In this document: piece by piece, positions 1 through 10,729 of the stretch
Position numbering within the stretch: position 1 is the first letter of the stretch
Layout: each line of letters begins with the position of its first letter
Assembly (NCBI GenBank): GCA_963786955.1
Contig: CAWBAT010000005.1
Span: 960,001-1,024,000, forward strand
DNA: 64,000 nt
Source of the DNA: an uncultured Acidimicrobiia bacterium
GTDB taxonomy: Bacteria; Acidobacteriota; Terriglobia; Versatilivoradales; Versatilivoraceae
Direction: 5' to 3'
Notes under the pieces: model-generated
What the model was told of the DNA's origin: nothing
Seen by the model: the letters and a program-made list of their open reading frames with translations, nothing else
The model's database searches: none
Position numbers and translations under genes: made by a program

Positions 1-47
1 ACGAATCCAGTTCTCGTGTTCAGTCGGCGGTAAAGCATGGCCAACAT
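1..47 (-). CDS. 5' start of an unknown gene running off the window edge (MLAMLYRRLNTRTGF...)
   Basis: Strong SD (AAGGAGGAG, minus strand 52-60) precedes ATG at 47; the frame stays open to the window edge. Confidence 0.45.
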   Translation of the reverse strand, partial: MLAMLYRRLNTRTGF

Positions 48-282
48 CGTTCTCCTCCTTGGAATCCCCTTGGGAGGGGGAAGAAGTCTTCGCCTTCAAG
101 AGCAGGTACTTTCCGAGTTGAACCACTCTCCTAAACTTGGGACTCGCTTCATATCTGTCGTGACTAAGAACAAATATTCTGCTCTCCTCGCCAATGAGAG
201 AGGAGGGAAAGCTGCAAATTTGCGGCACGAAAGTTAGGGCTGGCAGAGCCCAGAGCGGGGAGTCAACGGGTGGGAGACTGCT

Positions 283-492
283 TCAGGACATTCGGGTTAT
301 TTGCCCCGTTTCCTGTCGCACCTTGCTGAAGTAATCTTGAGAGCTTATTTCTTTGAACCAGCCTTCTCGCGATTTCTCCCGGTATACGATCCGGTCTATC
401 TTGTACTCAGGAATCATCTCGTGGATCTGGAACAACTGTTTGCCACTGGACTTATCCTCATAAGACTCAATGATCTCAATTTGGTCCTTCAT
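283..492 (-). CDS. small hypothetical protein (69 aa)
   Basis: Purine-rich SD-like tract (AGAGAGAAGG) upstream of ATG; charged, protein-like composition; no family recognised. Confidence 0.55.
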   Translation of the reverse strand: MKDQIEIIESYEDKSSGKQLFQIHEMIPEYKIDRIVYREKSREGWFKEISSQDYFSKVRQETGQITRMS

Positions 493-1085
493 GAAACGCC
501 TTCTCTCTTTGCAGAACTATCCTCGGGACTGTCAAGCTATCCCAGGACCTTCCTCTTGGAGGGGAAGCCATACCAAACCGAATAGCAAGTAATAGACCAG
601 TTGCGCAATTCGAACTGATATTGTGGAGTAACTGTTGTCATGTACCTTGTAAACCATTGAAAATATTAGAAGAATACAAACTCGAAAGGGGAGGAGATAA
701 GAGGAGACCACGGCGTGCCCGGAGAGACTGGTGGAACGTGTCCGAAATTTCAGAAACAGTTTTGAATTGCACTTGCAATCTCTGATCGACAACCGAGTAA
801 GGCTCCGGTCTGAGCCGTAAGCTGTACGCGGCCCTCGAAGGACTGGCGTTGGAATTCCGCCCGAGCCGCTTAAATTCGGGAGAAACCCGAACTCCTTATA
901 GAGTTCCTAAGTGAAAACCCTCCTCAACGCGCGGAAGAAATTCCTCTTTTCAGCTGGCCAATGGGCATCAGCGAGCGGGGTTCATATATCTCCTGCAAGG
1001 CTGGTTCTGCGGAACTGGGATGGAGAAACGGCCTCCCGTTTATGTGCTGCCTAGAAAGGCAGGGGAACACAAGAGGAACCACACT

Positions 1086-1116
1086 CCCCCTTTCTGCCCT
1101 CTTTGAAAAAGGAGGG
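1086..1116. repeat. CCCCC-N-CCCTCTT-N-AAGGAGGG short palindromic repeat
   Basis: Imperfect hairpin CCCTCTTTGAAAAAGGAGGG preceded by a C tract; mirror arrangement of the element at 41410-41441. Confidence 0.35.
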
Positions 1117-1126
1117 AAGCTGGAAG

Positions 1127-2394
1127 TCATAAGCGTATTAATCCAACAGCTTTTCCAACTTCCCAAAAAGAAGAAAGAATCCTATTCCCAACCAACTCAC
1201 CGCTGCGCTTATCCAGAAACGCGCTGTCCCAACCGCTGATTTTCACCGCATAGCCAACAATTACCGGAACCAGTACTCCAGCAAAGTTGGCGAAGCAGTT
1301 TTGGACCCCACCCACAGTCCCGGCATATCGGGGAGCTAACTCTGTCGATCCGCTTGTGTAAATGGAAATGACCGAAGTGAAGAGACTCATCGATACGCAT
1401 AACAGAATGACTGTCCCAATGGGACTCGAAACGCGCGGGACAAAAAGGAGTATACCCGTAGCGCAAATAAAGGGGATCAGAAAAGCCTTTCGAACCCGAA
1501 TGCGGTTTCTCGTCTTACTCAAGTGATCAATGAGCACTGCCCAAATGTTAGAACTCAAGAGTGCAGACACAAAAGGAAGGGTAGAACCAATCGTCATGTT
1601 GGCTAAGGAAAAGTGACGCTCCATCATCAAGTAGGAAGGCAACCAGGAAACTATCACATAGAGAAACCAATTGGCGGAGAAATGGAGCATGAGGACTGCC
1701 CAAAAAGGGCGTAATTGAAAAAGTTTTAGCCAGGGGACTTTCTCGACTGCCGGCAACGATGGCCTGGCGGAGAGAATAGGTTCAGTTCAGACTGGCCAAT
1801 GGAAGGCGAAGTTCTCGGGTTTGTCGCTGACTCCTTACAGCCAAAAGGGAAGCCAGAGCCAGCCGAGAACGGCAAAGATGAAGAATACCGAACGCCATCC
1901 GAAGGCATGCAACAAGCGCCGACGCCAGAGGGAAGGCTAGAATCGGGCCTGCAAAACCGCCACTGTAGCAAAATCCGAAAGCGCGCGAGTATTCCTGGCG
2001 GGGAAACCAGTTCACTAAGGACCGATTGATAGACGGGATGGTACCGCTCTGTCCAGCTCCCATAATGGCCCGCATGCCCGTTAACCCGGCCATCGACCTT
2101 GATAATGGAGTCGAAGGCAGTGAAAATCGACCACCACGCCACGCTAGCAGCAAAGACCCGTTTGGGGCCGAAATGGTCCACTAGCCTGCCTGCCGGGATC
2201 ATGAAGATCGTGTACCCCATGAAAAAACCGGAAAGCGCCCATCCCATTTGCGCCGTATCCCAATGGTATTCTTGCATGATCAGCGGAGCCGTTACCGATA
2301 GGTTTACTCGATCACAATAAGCAATCACCATCGCCACGAAGGACAGAAGGCAAATATCAATTCGTTTGGGCCAGGGGATCCAGCGTCTTGTCAA
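1127..2394 (-). CDS. MFS transporter, ACS (anion:cation symporter; D-galactonate/hexuronate-like) family; frameshifted
   Basis: N-terminal YCDRVNLSV and GRLVDHFGPKRV (MFS motif A), NWFPRQE, C-terminal LAPRYAGTVGGVQN; pieces 1726-2394, 1782-2153 and 1127-1756 join into one ~12-TM protein. Confidence 0.88.
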
Positions 2395-2998
2395 AGCGGT
2401 CCGAATGTTGAGGCGTAAGAGACATAGAAGTGACTATACCAAGTTAAAGATTCGGAGAGTTGTTCCTGTCCGCGACATGATGATCGATGAAACGCGGCAG
2501 TGCAATGTGGAAAGCGAGCCTCGTCTTTTAGCCTTTCCCCGCGATGCCTTGGGTAACGTATTGGACAAAATAAGGATTGCAACCCAAAGGACTGCTCACC
2601 AGGTATCAGTTGGTCGTGCTTAGAATTCTTGGGGCCATATTTCGAGCCTTTTCCACCCAAGCGCCTGGTGTCGAAAAGATGTAGTAACGACTTCATCGTT
2701 GCTGATCTGGCTGAAAAGAAACGACTGAAGGCCACTAGAACCGTCAACAAGCCTGCGCATCAATTCTTTCAATCGCTCGGGCGAAGGACTCGAATAACGG
2801 ATCAGCACCAGTCTAACGAATCCATTAGTGAAATGCCCCTATGGTTGTGGTATGATACTGTTGTGTTTTTGGCTCTTATTCATCCATCCGATTTGATTAA
2901 AGGGCTGCAAGAAGAAACTTGTAGCCCTTTTGTTTTGTGACAATGATCGAAAACCAGCCAATGAAATACCATTAAACGATTGAGAAGAGGAGGTTTAG

Positions 2999-3235
2999 AT
3001 GAAGGCTCTCACTCAAGGTCAATACGTAAAGCATTTTCAGTACGGTTGTGGTGTCATCACCGAATCAAACGAAGCCCGCACATCCATTAAGTTTGAGACC
3101 CACGGAATTAAGAAATTTGTCACCAGCATGATGGTCGTAGAGCCAGCCGAACAGATCGCCCCTCCTCCAAAGCGCCCCCGCGCGGCGGCAAAAAAAGGGA
3201 CTGCCACCAAGCGTAAGAAGGCACATGCTTCCTAA
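2999..3235 (+). CDS. small stand-alone Tudor/SH3-like protein (PcrA-CTD/CarD-RID-like) with Lys/Ala/Pro-rich basic tail
   Basis: Excellent SD (AGAGGAGG); GQYVKHFQYGCGVI...IKFETHGIKKF follows the GxxVxHxxFGxGxV...IxFxxxGxKxL pattern of the PcrA/UvrD C-terminal domain; tail PPPKRPRAAAKKGTATKRKK. Confidence 0.75.
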   Translation: MKALTQGQYVKHFQYGCGVITESNEARTSIKFETHGIKKFVTSMMVVEPAEQIAPPPKRPRAAAKKGTATKRKKAHAS

Positions 3236-3307
3236 TTGTCTCACCAGAAGATATTGAATTAGTGCGATTTCGAGTTCAGCCTTATCCTGCTCACCTGAAC
3301 ATTTCTA

Positions 3308-5832
3308 TTAGGTTTTCTTTCGAGAGCCGTAATTCCCCTGATCGTCTGAATTTATCGGCTTTGGGCTTCGTCCGGCCGAGATCACCCGGTGGACGAGGCC
3401 GTTGTGGCGCAGTGGGCCTGTCAGGTCCTGCTGCTCCATCGCCGCAGGTACAGCCCACAGCATCATGTTCTGATAGTAATCAGCTCCGAATGCCCTTTGT
3501 CCGCTGTCCATTTCCCCCTGGTAGGTATTGGGCTGGTCCCAGGTATAGCCCCATTTCAACGCAAGATTCCCCATAAATCGCTTGAGCAGACTTAGACCAT
3601 AGTCCCCTTGCCCTTCGTACATGAAATTCATCGAAAGGATCATCAGCTCAGGGGAAAAATAGCTGTACGGCCCGTAGCCTTTAATCTTTGCGGGCGTGCC
3701 ATCGGCATGGGCATAATTAACGCAGCCAGACTGGCTAAGACTGCAATTCACCTTTCGGATCATCGCCAGAGTCGTTCCCACCCTGTCCTTGGGAAAAACT
3801 CCCGGGCAGACCATGCCAGTCCGTGATCCATTCTCCTCCCAACTGGTAACCGAATAAGAGATCGGATTTTGTTTGTGTCTCGGGCTCATTGAAATTGAGA
3901 TAGAACTGGCCCGACCAAAGTTTCTCCTCAAGTGCTTTGACCCCGGCTTCCAGCCACGCATTGCATTTTCCCACGAACTCATGGTCCTGCATCTTCTCTG
4001 CCATTCGCCGTAAGATCATGACCTGCGCCATTCGCACCCCCCCTGCATGGGTTACATATCCTTTCCATCCAGGATCAGGAGCCTCAAACCATTCAGTGTC
4101 CCCCAAGGGAAATGAATCCGTACCTCTTGGCCGGCATCGCCATGATTTGTGAGAGTCCGTAAGAGGGACGAAGATTCAGGGAATAATCGTTGGCCCGTTT
4201 CAGCGAGACCCAAAATTCATGGAGAAATGTATCGTCAGCGGTAACACGCCAATACCGGTCGGCCATAGCAATGTAAGCAGCACTATTGAGTACAGCTTGG
4301 TACCCACGAACAGGTTTCCCGAGATCGTACGGAATATTTCCGACGCCGTGGGTTGTATCTCCGGTGCCGAAGACCCAGGGAGGACGACCATCCGAAAACT
4401 GATATTTCTTGTAGGCTCGCAAAGTGGAAAGGGCGGCATCCCGGAAAAAGTATACCAATGGAATGTTTCCGTAGAAGCTACAGGGAATACATTCGATCTG
4501 GGGTGATCCACGAGGACACTCATTCAACCCAAAAACCCCGTCTTTCCCGGACCACTCAATAGGCGGTTTGGCTTGACCCCACACGGCATCCTCGGTGATG
4601 AGATGAAGGATGTTGATCAGGGCATCCCCAAGCCAACCGGGGATGGCAGGATCCGAGTAGATGGCTTCTTGCCAGGCAATCACCCGACTGAGAATTGGCG
4701 TATGATCCTTCGCCAGAAACCCGGCCACAGCTTTCGCACTTGGGTAATACTTGGCATACATGTGTGTAAAATCAGTTGTCGCATCATGGGATGGAGCCCC
4801 GCCTGATTTCCACTGGGGTGCAAACCAAGCAAAAATGAGCTGAACCGTTTTATTTTGGCCGGATGCCAGGTTGAAATCCAGTGCGAGTGATGTACCTGTC
4901 TCCTTGGAGTCTGCTTCTGGCAAAGACCGCCCCATCTCTTTCCATGCTTTACCCATATTATTCAGGGGTCCGCCTAAACGAACCATTGCCGGATCACGGG
5001 TTGCCAAAACGTAGCTCATCTCCCATTGGGTCTCATGGTAAGGACTGCTCACAGCAACTCCATTGAGCACGCCTTTCAATATCTCCCGAATCATCGGGGC
5101 TGCCTTCCCCTGGGGAGTTTCGAACCCCGGAAAGTTGAAAGCCAAAGTCCCTTTCTGGTATACCTTGCTGGTATTGCGTAGATTAATTTCAAAGAAAATG
5201 CCCGGGATCATAGAAACAACCGTGTCGCCAGGAATAAAGGGTGTCCATGCCCGCATGCCGACACTCACAGGAGCGGAAGTCTGGTACTCCATGTCGAGAA
5301 TAGGGTAGTGGCCCCAGTAGTCAATGGACTGCGCCAATTCAACTCCTTCCAGGCCAATATCAAAATACTGAGGAGAGTAATCGGTTGGCGGGAAAAGTGA
5401 CGCCGTAGCTGGGAGTCGGAGTATATTTCTTGCCCAGACTGTTTGTGACTAGCACCCATGTCTTCCCTCCTACACTCAATCCGAGAAAAGGCTGGTTCAC
5501 AATCAGACGAGGGTTTAGCAGGTGATTAAAAATGGTCGAGTATCCCAGCATGCCATTGGGCTCAATATCGACGCATCCTGTGTCGATTCCACCGAGCGGC
5601 ATTCCGCAAGTAGGGCGGGGTTCCCCACGATAGATGACCCCGTGACCGGACGGGCGTAACCTCTTGCAGGAAACTTCTGCCAGCTCGCGTGCAGGAGATG
5701 GGGCGGAAATAGCCGGTCGTCCTGTCCTGTCTTTGGTCCGGCAAGCGGGTTCAAAGTTACTGACAGGAGAAATGTGACCATCGAAAACAAAACTGGGACT
5801 TTCAAGACTTTCCGTTTTCTAAAGGGAGACAT
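3308..5832 (-). CDS. GH116 family glycoside hydrolase (GBA2/non-lysosomal glucosylceramidase-like) with predicted signal peptide; frameshifted
   Basis: MPLGGIDTG N-terminal motif, AWTPFIPGD, C-terminal LWSGQFY, QLGGEW and DYYQNMMLWA; five consecutive minus-strand pieces; hydrophobic N-terminus. Confidence 0.85.
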
Positions 5833-5935
5833 GTTTTCCTCACGGTGGAGAATGAAGACTCAATGAATTCGGTCACAGGATCAGGCCAAAGATGGGATAG
5901 GAAACCAAAGGGTTTACGATTTTAAACCTTTGACA

Positions 5936-7076
5936 TCAGACCACTGGCTGTTGCTGGGTGAGACAGTGCAGGGTTCCCAGCCCCCACACGAGGTCGACAC
6001 TGTGGATACCGATCACCTCCCGATCCGGAAACAACCCGGCCAGGATGGCAAGCGCGATGCGGTCGTGAGGATCATTGAAAGTGGGGACCAGAACCACACG
6101 ATTGCCGATATAGAAATTTGCGTAGCTGGCTGGGAGGCGCCGTCCATCGAAAACCAAGGGTTTGGGCATAGGCAAGAGAATCACCTGGAGCGGATTGCCA
6201 TCTTGATCCGTCATGGTCTTGAGCAACTCAACATTTTCACTTAGAGGCTCATAGTTTTCGTCTGATCGGTCTTCCTCTCTAACCACGACAACTGTATCGG
6301 GTTTGACGAATCGAGCCAGGTCATCGACATGACCATGGGTATCGTCTCCAGCGATTCCGCGCCGGAGCCAGAGAACTTTCGTGATCCCAAGATAGTCAGA
6401 AAAAATTTTCTCCATGTCATTCTTGCCCAGTCCAGGATTGCGTTGCTGGACAAGGCTGAGCAAACATTCTTCAGTCGTCAGTAGCGTCCCTCGGCCGTTG
6501 ACATCGATGCTCCCTCCCTCCAAAACTATGCGCAATTGTTTGTTTCGCTTTAACCACGAAGGGTTCGCAGGACTTTAATCCGAGTCTCTTCAAGATTTTG
6601 GCAGCCGCCGCATTATCCTTCTTCCAATTCGAATACTTTGCCCAGGCGTTAAACTTCCAGTTCGTGGCCGCAAGTTCGGCTCCCCCTAAGGTTTCGCGTT
6701 TGACAAATAAAGGTCCGTAGTCTCTCGTCCAAACTCGATCGGTAGGGCAGACCACAAAGTCAACCTGGCTCAATTCGACTCCAACCTTTTGCAAGAGTCG
6801 CCCCACCCGCCGTTCCTGCAATCCGATCCTGAATCAGGATTCCGACACGTTCTCACAGATGTAAATGGCGAACAATTTCAGCGTAAACCCATGGAATGGA
6901 GTAAATTTCCCGGGCCAATCTTCTTTGTTGTGTGGCCAGGCAATCCAGGTGGCATGGTGGGGCTCCCATTCGGCGGGCAGGCGAAAATCAAAAGAAGGTA
7001 AGAGACCATTCGATCGTCGCTTGCTAGTCGCCGATTGTGGATCTGCCGGTATTATTTCCAGGACTCGATTTTCCAA
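5936..7076 (-). CDS. aguA: agmatine deiminase; frameshifted
   Basis: RLPAEWEPH, WTRDYGP, EGGSIDVNGRG, DTHGHVDD, ASYANFY and terminal GTLHCLTQQQP carrying the catalytic Cys. Confidence 0.93.
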
Positions 7077-7145
7077 TTTCCTCTCTCAATCATGGGCGTG
7101 ATTTTGCGAGTTGCGGCTTCCCTTGCAAGTTCCTTCACAACTTTC

Positions 7146-8035
7146 TCAATCGATCAGGCGGCGCACAATGTCTCCATAACTGTCAATTCGGCGGTCCCGC
7201 AAAAAAGGCCAATGGCGTCGCGTGTTCTCCAGATGCCTCCGATTGCATTCGAATATGAGGATTTCTTCGCTGTCCTCAGACGCCTCCCCCAGAACTACTC
7301 CAAATGGGTCACAGGCAAAAGAACTTCCCCAAAATTGTAATCCGGCGGCGGCCGGTCCTTCATGGCCTATACGATTGACGGATGCCACATAAACACCATT
7401 CGCAATCGCGTGAGCCCGTTGAATGGTTCTCCAGGCGTCTCGCTGAGCAACTCCATACTTTTCTTTTTCTGAAGGATGCCAGCCTATTGCAGTGGGATAA
7501 AAGAGGATTTCTGCCCCGCCTAAGGCAGTCAAACGCGCGGCTTCCGGATACCATTGGTCCCAGCAAATCAACACCCCTACCCGGGCATAACGCGTCTGGA
7601 AAGACCGGTAACCCAAATCGCCAGGGGTAAAGTAATATTTCTCATAGATACAATGGGTCATCCGGAATATGCATTTTGCGGTAAGTTCCGAGCAATACTC
7701 CGTCAGCATCCAGCACCGCTGCAGTATTGTGATACAACCCCGCTTCTCGGCGCTCAAACAAAGATGCTACGATGACGACTTGGAGTTCTCTTGCAACCAC
7801 ACCCAGTGCCTCCGTAGTTGGTCCAGGAATCGACTCCGCTAGATTAAAAATTTCAGGATCTTCCGTCTGGCAGAAATACTGAGAGCGAAATAACTCCTGG
7901 AGGCAGATAACGTGGGCACCCCGAGCCGCAGCTTCTCGGATTCGTGATACTGCCTTATCCAGGTTAGTCGCTGTGTCCGTGGCACAAGACATCTGAACTA
8001 GGGCTACAGTAAATGTGGAGGGAGAAGGACTTCAT
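7146..8035 (-). CDS. aguB: N-carbamoylputrescine amidase (carbon-nitrogen hydrolase); frameshifted
   Basis: Nitrilase triad LQELF / YRKMHIPDDP / ICWDQWYPE; terminal WPFLRDRRID; adjacent to aguA. Confidence 0.9.
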
Positions 8036-8210
8036 ATGCGGTTGCTCCTCAGGCAGACCCTTTGGATTCAGAGCACCATCTTACAAAATTTTTCTTCGGA
8101 GCCCGATGGAAATTTCGCGGGTGAAAGGAATTGCAGGCGACACGAATGTGCAAATGACTGGGGAAAGGCTGCGGCGAAGTTATCGCATACCACAGGGAGG
8201 AAAGGAGGGT

Positions 8211-10342
8211 TTAAAGATCCTCAAGAGGGTTGTCTTCGTTGATGTGATGACCTACTGGAGCGGAAATTCTCAAGGGCGCAGGAGGGGAGCCGATGGCTTG
8301 TTATGGGCACACTCACCTTCATTTTCGGTTCAAAGGTACTCTCCGAAACCTCTTCAACGTTTATTTCCGTTTCGCCAATATCTCGGTTCTCTTCATCTAA
8401 CAATCGCAACCCTTCCAGAAGCAGGTTGGTGTTACTGTTATTGATGACCATTTCGAATGCCTTGTCGGAGGGTTCGTACTCAAACGTGCCTCCCTTGACT
8501 CCGACCAACGCATAGACCGCTTGCTCACCGACTTTTTTCTCATAGCTCGCATTCACGATTCGACCAGAATTAAAATAGATAGCTCCGCCTTGGCCTTCCG
8601 AACTGATCAACAATTTACCGCTTTTTTGTGCGTTGTCCAAAATTTGAATGACATCCAGCAATCCGAGTTCAGAGAGGTCACCTTTAAGAGCCACATATTC
8701 AGATTGCCCATGACTCTTGGTGTGGGTTGACGTTGGCGATTCGATTCCCGCTGTCCCTTCACGCCGGGCATTCGACAACCCGGGATTCAAGCGCTGAGCC
8801 TCTCGCAGGTAGTGGTTGGCCTCCTCCTTCTGGTTCTGAAGTTGCAAAATCTTGGCGATTTCAAGGCACTCCTGGGCCGCTCGCTTGGGCATTTTCCGGT
8901 CAAAATATAAGGACTTGAGTTTAAGCCGAAGCCGGAGTTCTTTCGGGCAAGTCTTCAAAACATGTTCCAGACGTGCAATGGCGCTGTGATGTTGCCCGAA
9001 TTTCTCAAGAAGTTCGATGTCGACTATGAAATTCTCGACGTCCTCTTCCGTGACGAGAGAGACTTTGGTATCGAAATGGGCGTCTACATTTGCCGTCTGG
9101 TAACCGGAGTCTTCCTCCTCTTCGTCCCGGACTGCAGTTCCGACTTTATCAGCAGACTGTTCTCGGTCCTTGCCCGAGTGCAGACTTTTGATGGATTGAA
9201 ATTTCCTCCGATACTCTTCGTTATAAGGTTCCAGATCCATCAATTTTCGAGTGAGATCCAACGCCCGATCATATTCGCATTTTGTGATGTAGGCATCTGC
9301 GTGCGAAAGAAGGGTTACAGCCAATTGATCGAACTGGAAGGTTAGCCCATAGTAGGCTTCCAGTAACTGATACGCTTCCAGTCTTTGAGGATCAAGTTTG
9401 AGGATTTCTTCCAGTATTTCAGAACATTTCTGTCGGGTTTCCCGGGTCGTCGCTTCGGTGTAGATGCTGGAGATCAATGTCAGAGCCCGTTCGATCCTTC
9501 GATCTGAAACAAGGACTTCCACAAAGGGGAGCACTTTCTCCATGTACTTCTTGTCGATTTTCAGCAACCGCTCATAGAGCTTATCGGCATCGTCTATGCG
9601 CCCGGCTTTGACATAGAGCCGGGCAAGGTACTCCAGTTGGTCCGGTTGTTCCTTGTCGCGCTGCACAGAAGATTGAAGAGCCTCCACTGCTTTTACAATC
9701 TTCCCTTGCTTCTCATAGACCTCGGCGACGAGGGAAAGAGACAGAATGATTGGCCGGATTGAGGAGCCTGATTTTTTCCAGCAGGTCGAGAGCCTCGTCG
9801 TATTTACCTTCTCGTAGAACTTCTTGGGAAATCTTAGAAAGGAACTCCGCGGCCTTTTCCTTGAGCCCTTTGGCCTGGAGGGAATCGGCCAGCCGAATCG
9901 CATAATGCTTGTTGGAAGGTTCCAACACACAAAGTTTTTCAAAATACTCGACCGTTTTTTGAGGGTTTCCTTCACCGCTGGCAATTTCTGCAAGCTCCCG
10001 GATAGCCTGGACAATCTCACTTTTGGAACCGGTCTTCGTGAGAATCTCTAGCATTTTTTCTCGAGCAAGCATGTTCCTGGGAAGAATATCGATGATGCTC
10101 CGATAAACCGCGACCGCTCCCTGCAGATCTCCATTGGAGACAGCATCTGAAGCCACTTTAAATAAATGGCGGCTCGCCCGCTGCATGTCTTTCTTGCTGA
10201 TGTAGAGCTCGGCAATAAGCTCATGGACTTTGGTGTTTGAGAAATCCTCGGCTAGGATCTCCGAATACACTTCTATGGCATCATTAACCTTTCCGTAAGA
10301 GACAAGTTTTTCAGCATGCCGAAGAAGCTTTGCTAGATTCAT
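8211..10342 (-). CDS. TPR-repeat protein with C-terminal DUF4388 (PatA_N-like) domain; frameshifted
   Basis: Multiple TPR-like helical repeats; LKGDLSELGLLDVIQIL...KSGKL...GAIYFNSGRIVNA...GTFEY...LLLEGLRLLDE matches the DUF4388 pattern. Confidence 0.85.
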
Positions 10343-10385
10343 AAGATTGGTCCGGTCCTCAACCCATTTAAGGGAAGAAGACAAA

Positions 10386-10406
10386 GATTCCCCTTCCAGG
10401 GGAATC
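10386..10406. promoter_or_regulatory. perfect 9-bp inverted repeat in the leader of the TPR-DUF4388 gene
   Basis: GATTCCCCT-TCC-AGGGGAATC. Confidence 0.4.
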
Positions 10407-10464
10407 CCCCCCATTACTTATCGTTTTTTGTCCTAGAATCTTGAATTGTAAAGACTAAGGGGAA

Positions 10465-10500
10465 ATGGGTCGGCCCACAAGATTTGTGAATCCGGCCCAT
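10465..10500 (-). terminator. hairpin downstream of pnp (possible terminator)
   Basis: ATGGGCCGG..CACAA-ATC-TTGTG..CCGACCCAT followed by only a short T run. Confidence 0.4.
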
Positions 10501-10729
10501 GTCATTGCTTTCTATGCGGTGGAGACAAGGAAGGCTTTGGCCCCAGTCTTTGAGCTGGAGGGAATTCTGGTGAGATTCGGTTTATTTTAGGCCTGAAACT
10601 ATTTACCTACAACCCCCACTGAAGACGGAGGCGGTTCCGAGGGCTTTTCCGGGACACTGTTCAGTCTTGGGGGCCCCCAATCGGGGTGAAGAAATTGGCG
10701 GGTTCAGGGACTCGCGATGTCTTTATGGA

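Noticed and set aside
2366-2940. ORFs between the MFS gene and the Tudor-like gene
   Set aside because: Overlapping short ORFs on both strands with no convincing SD or family signal; left uncalled.
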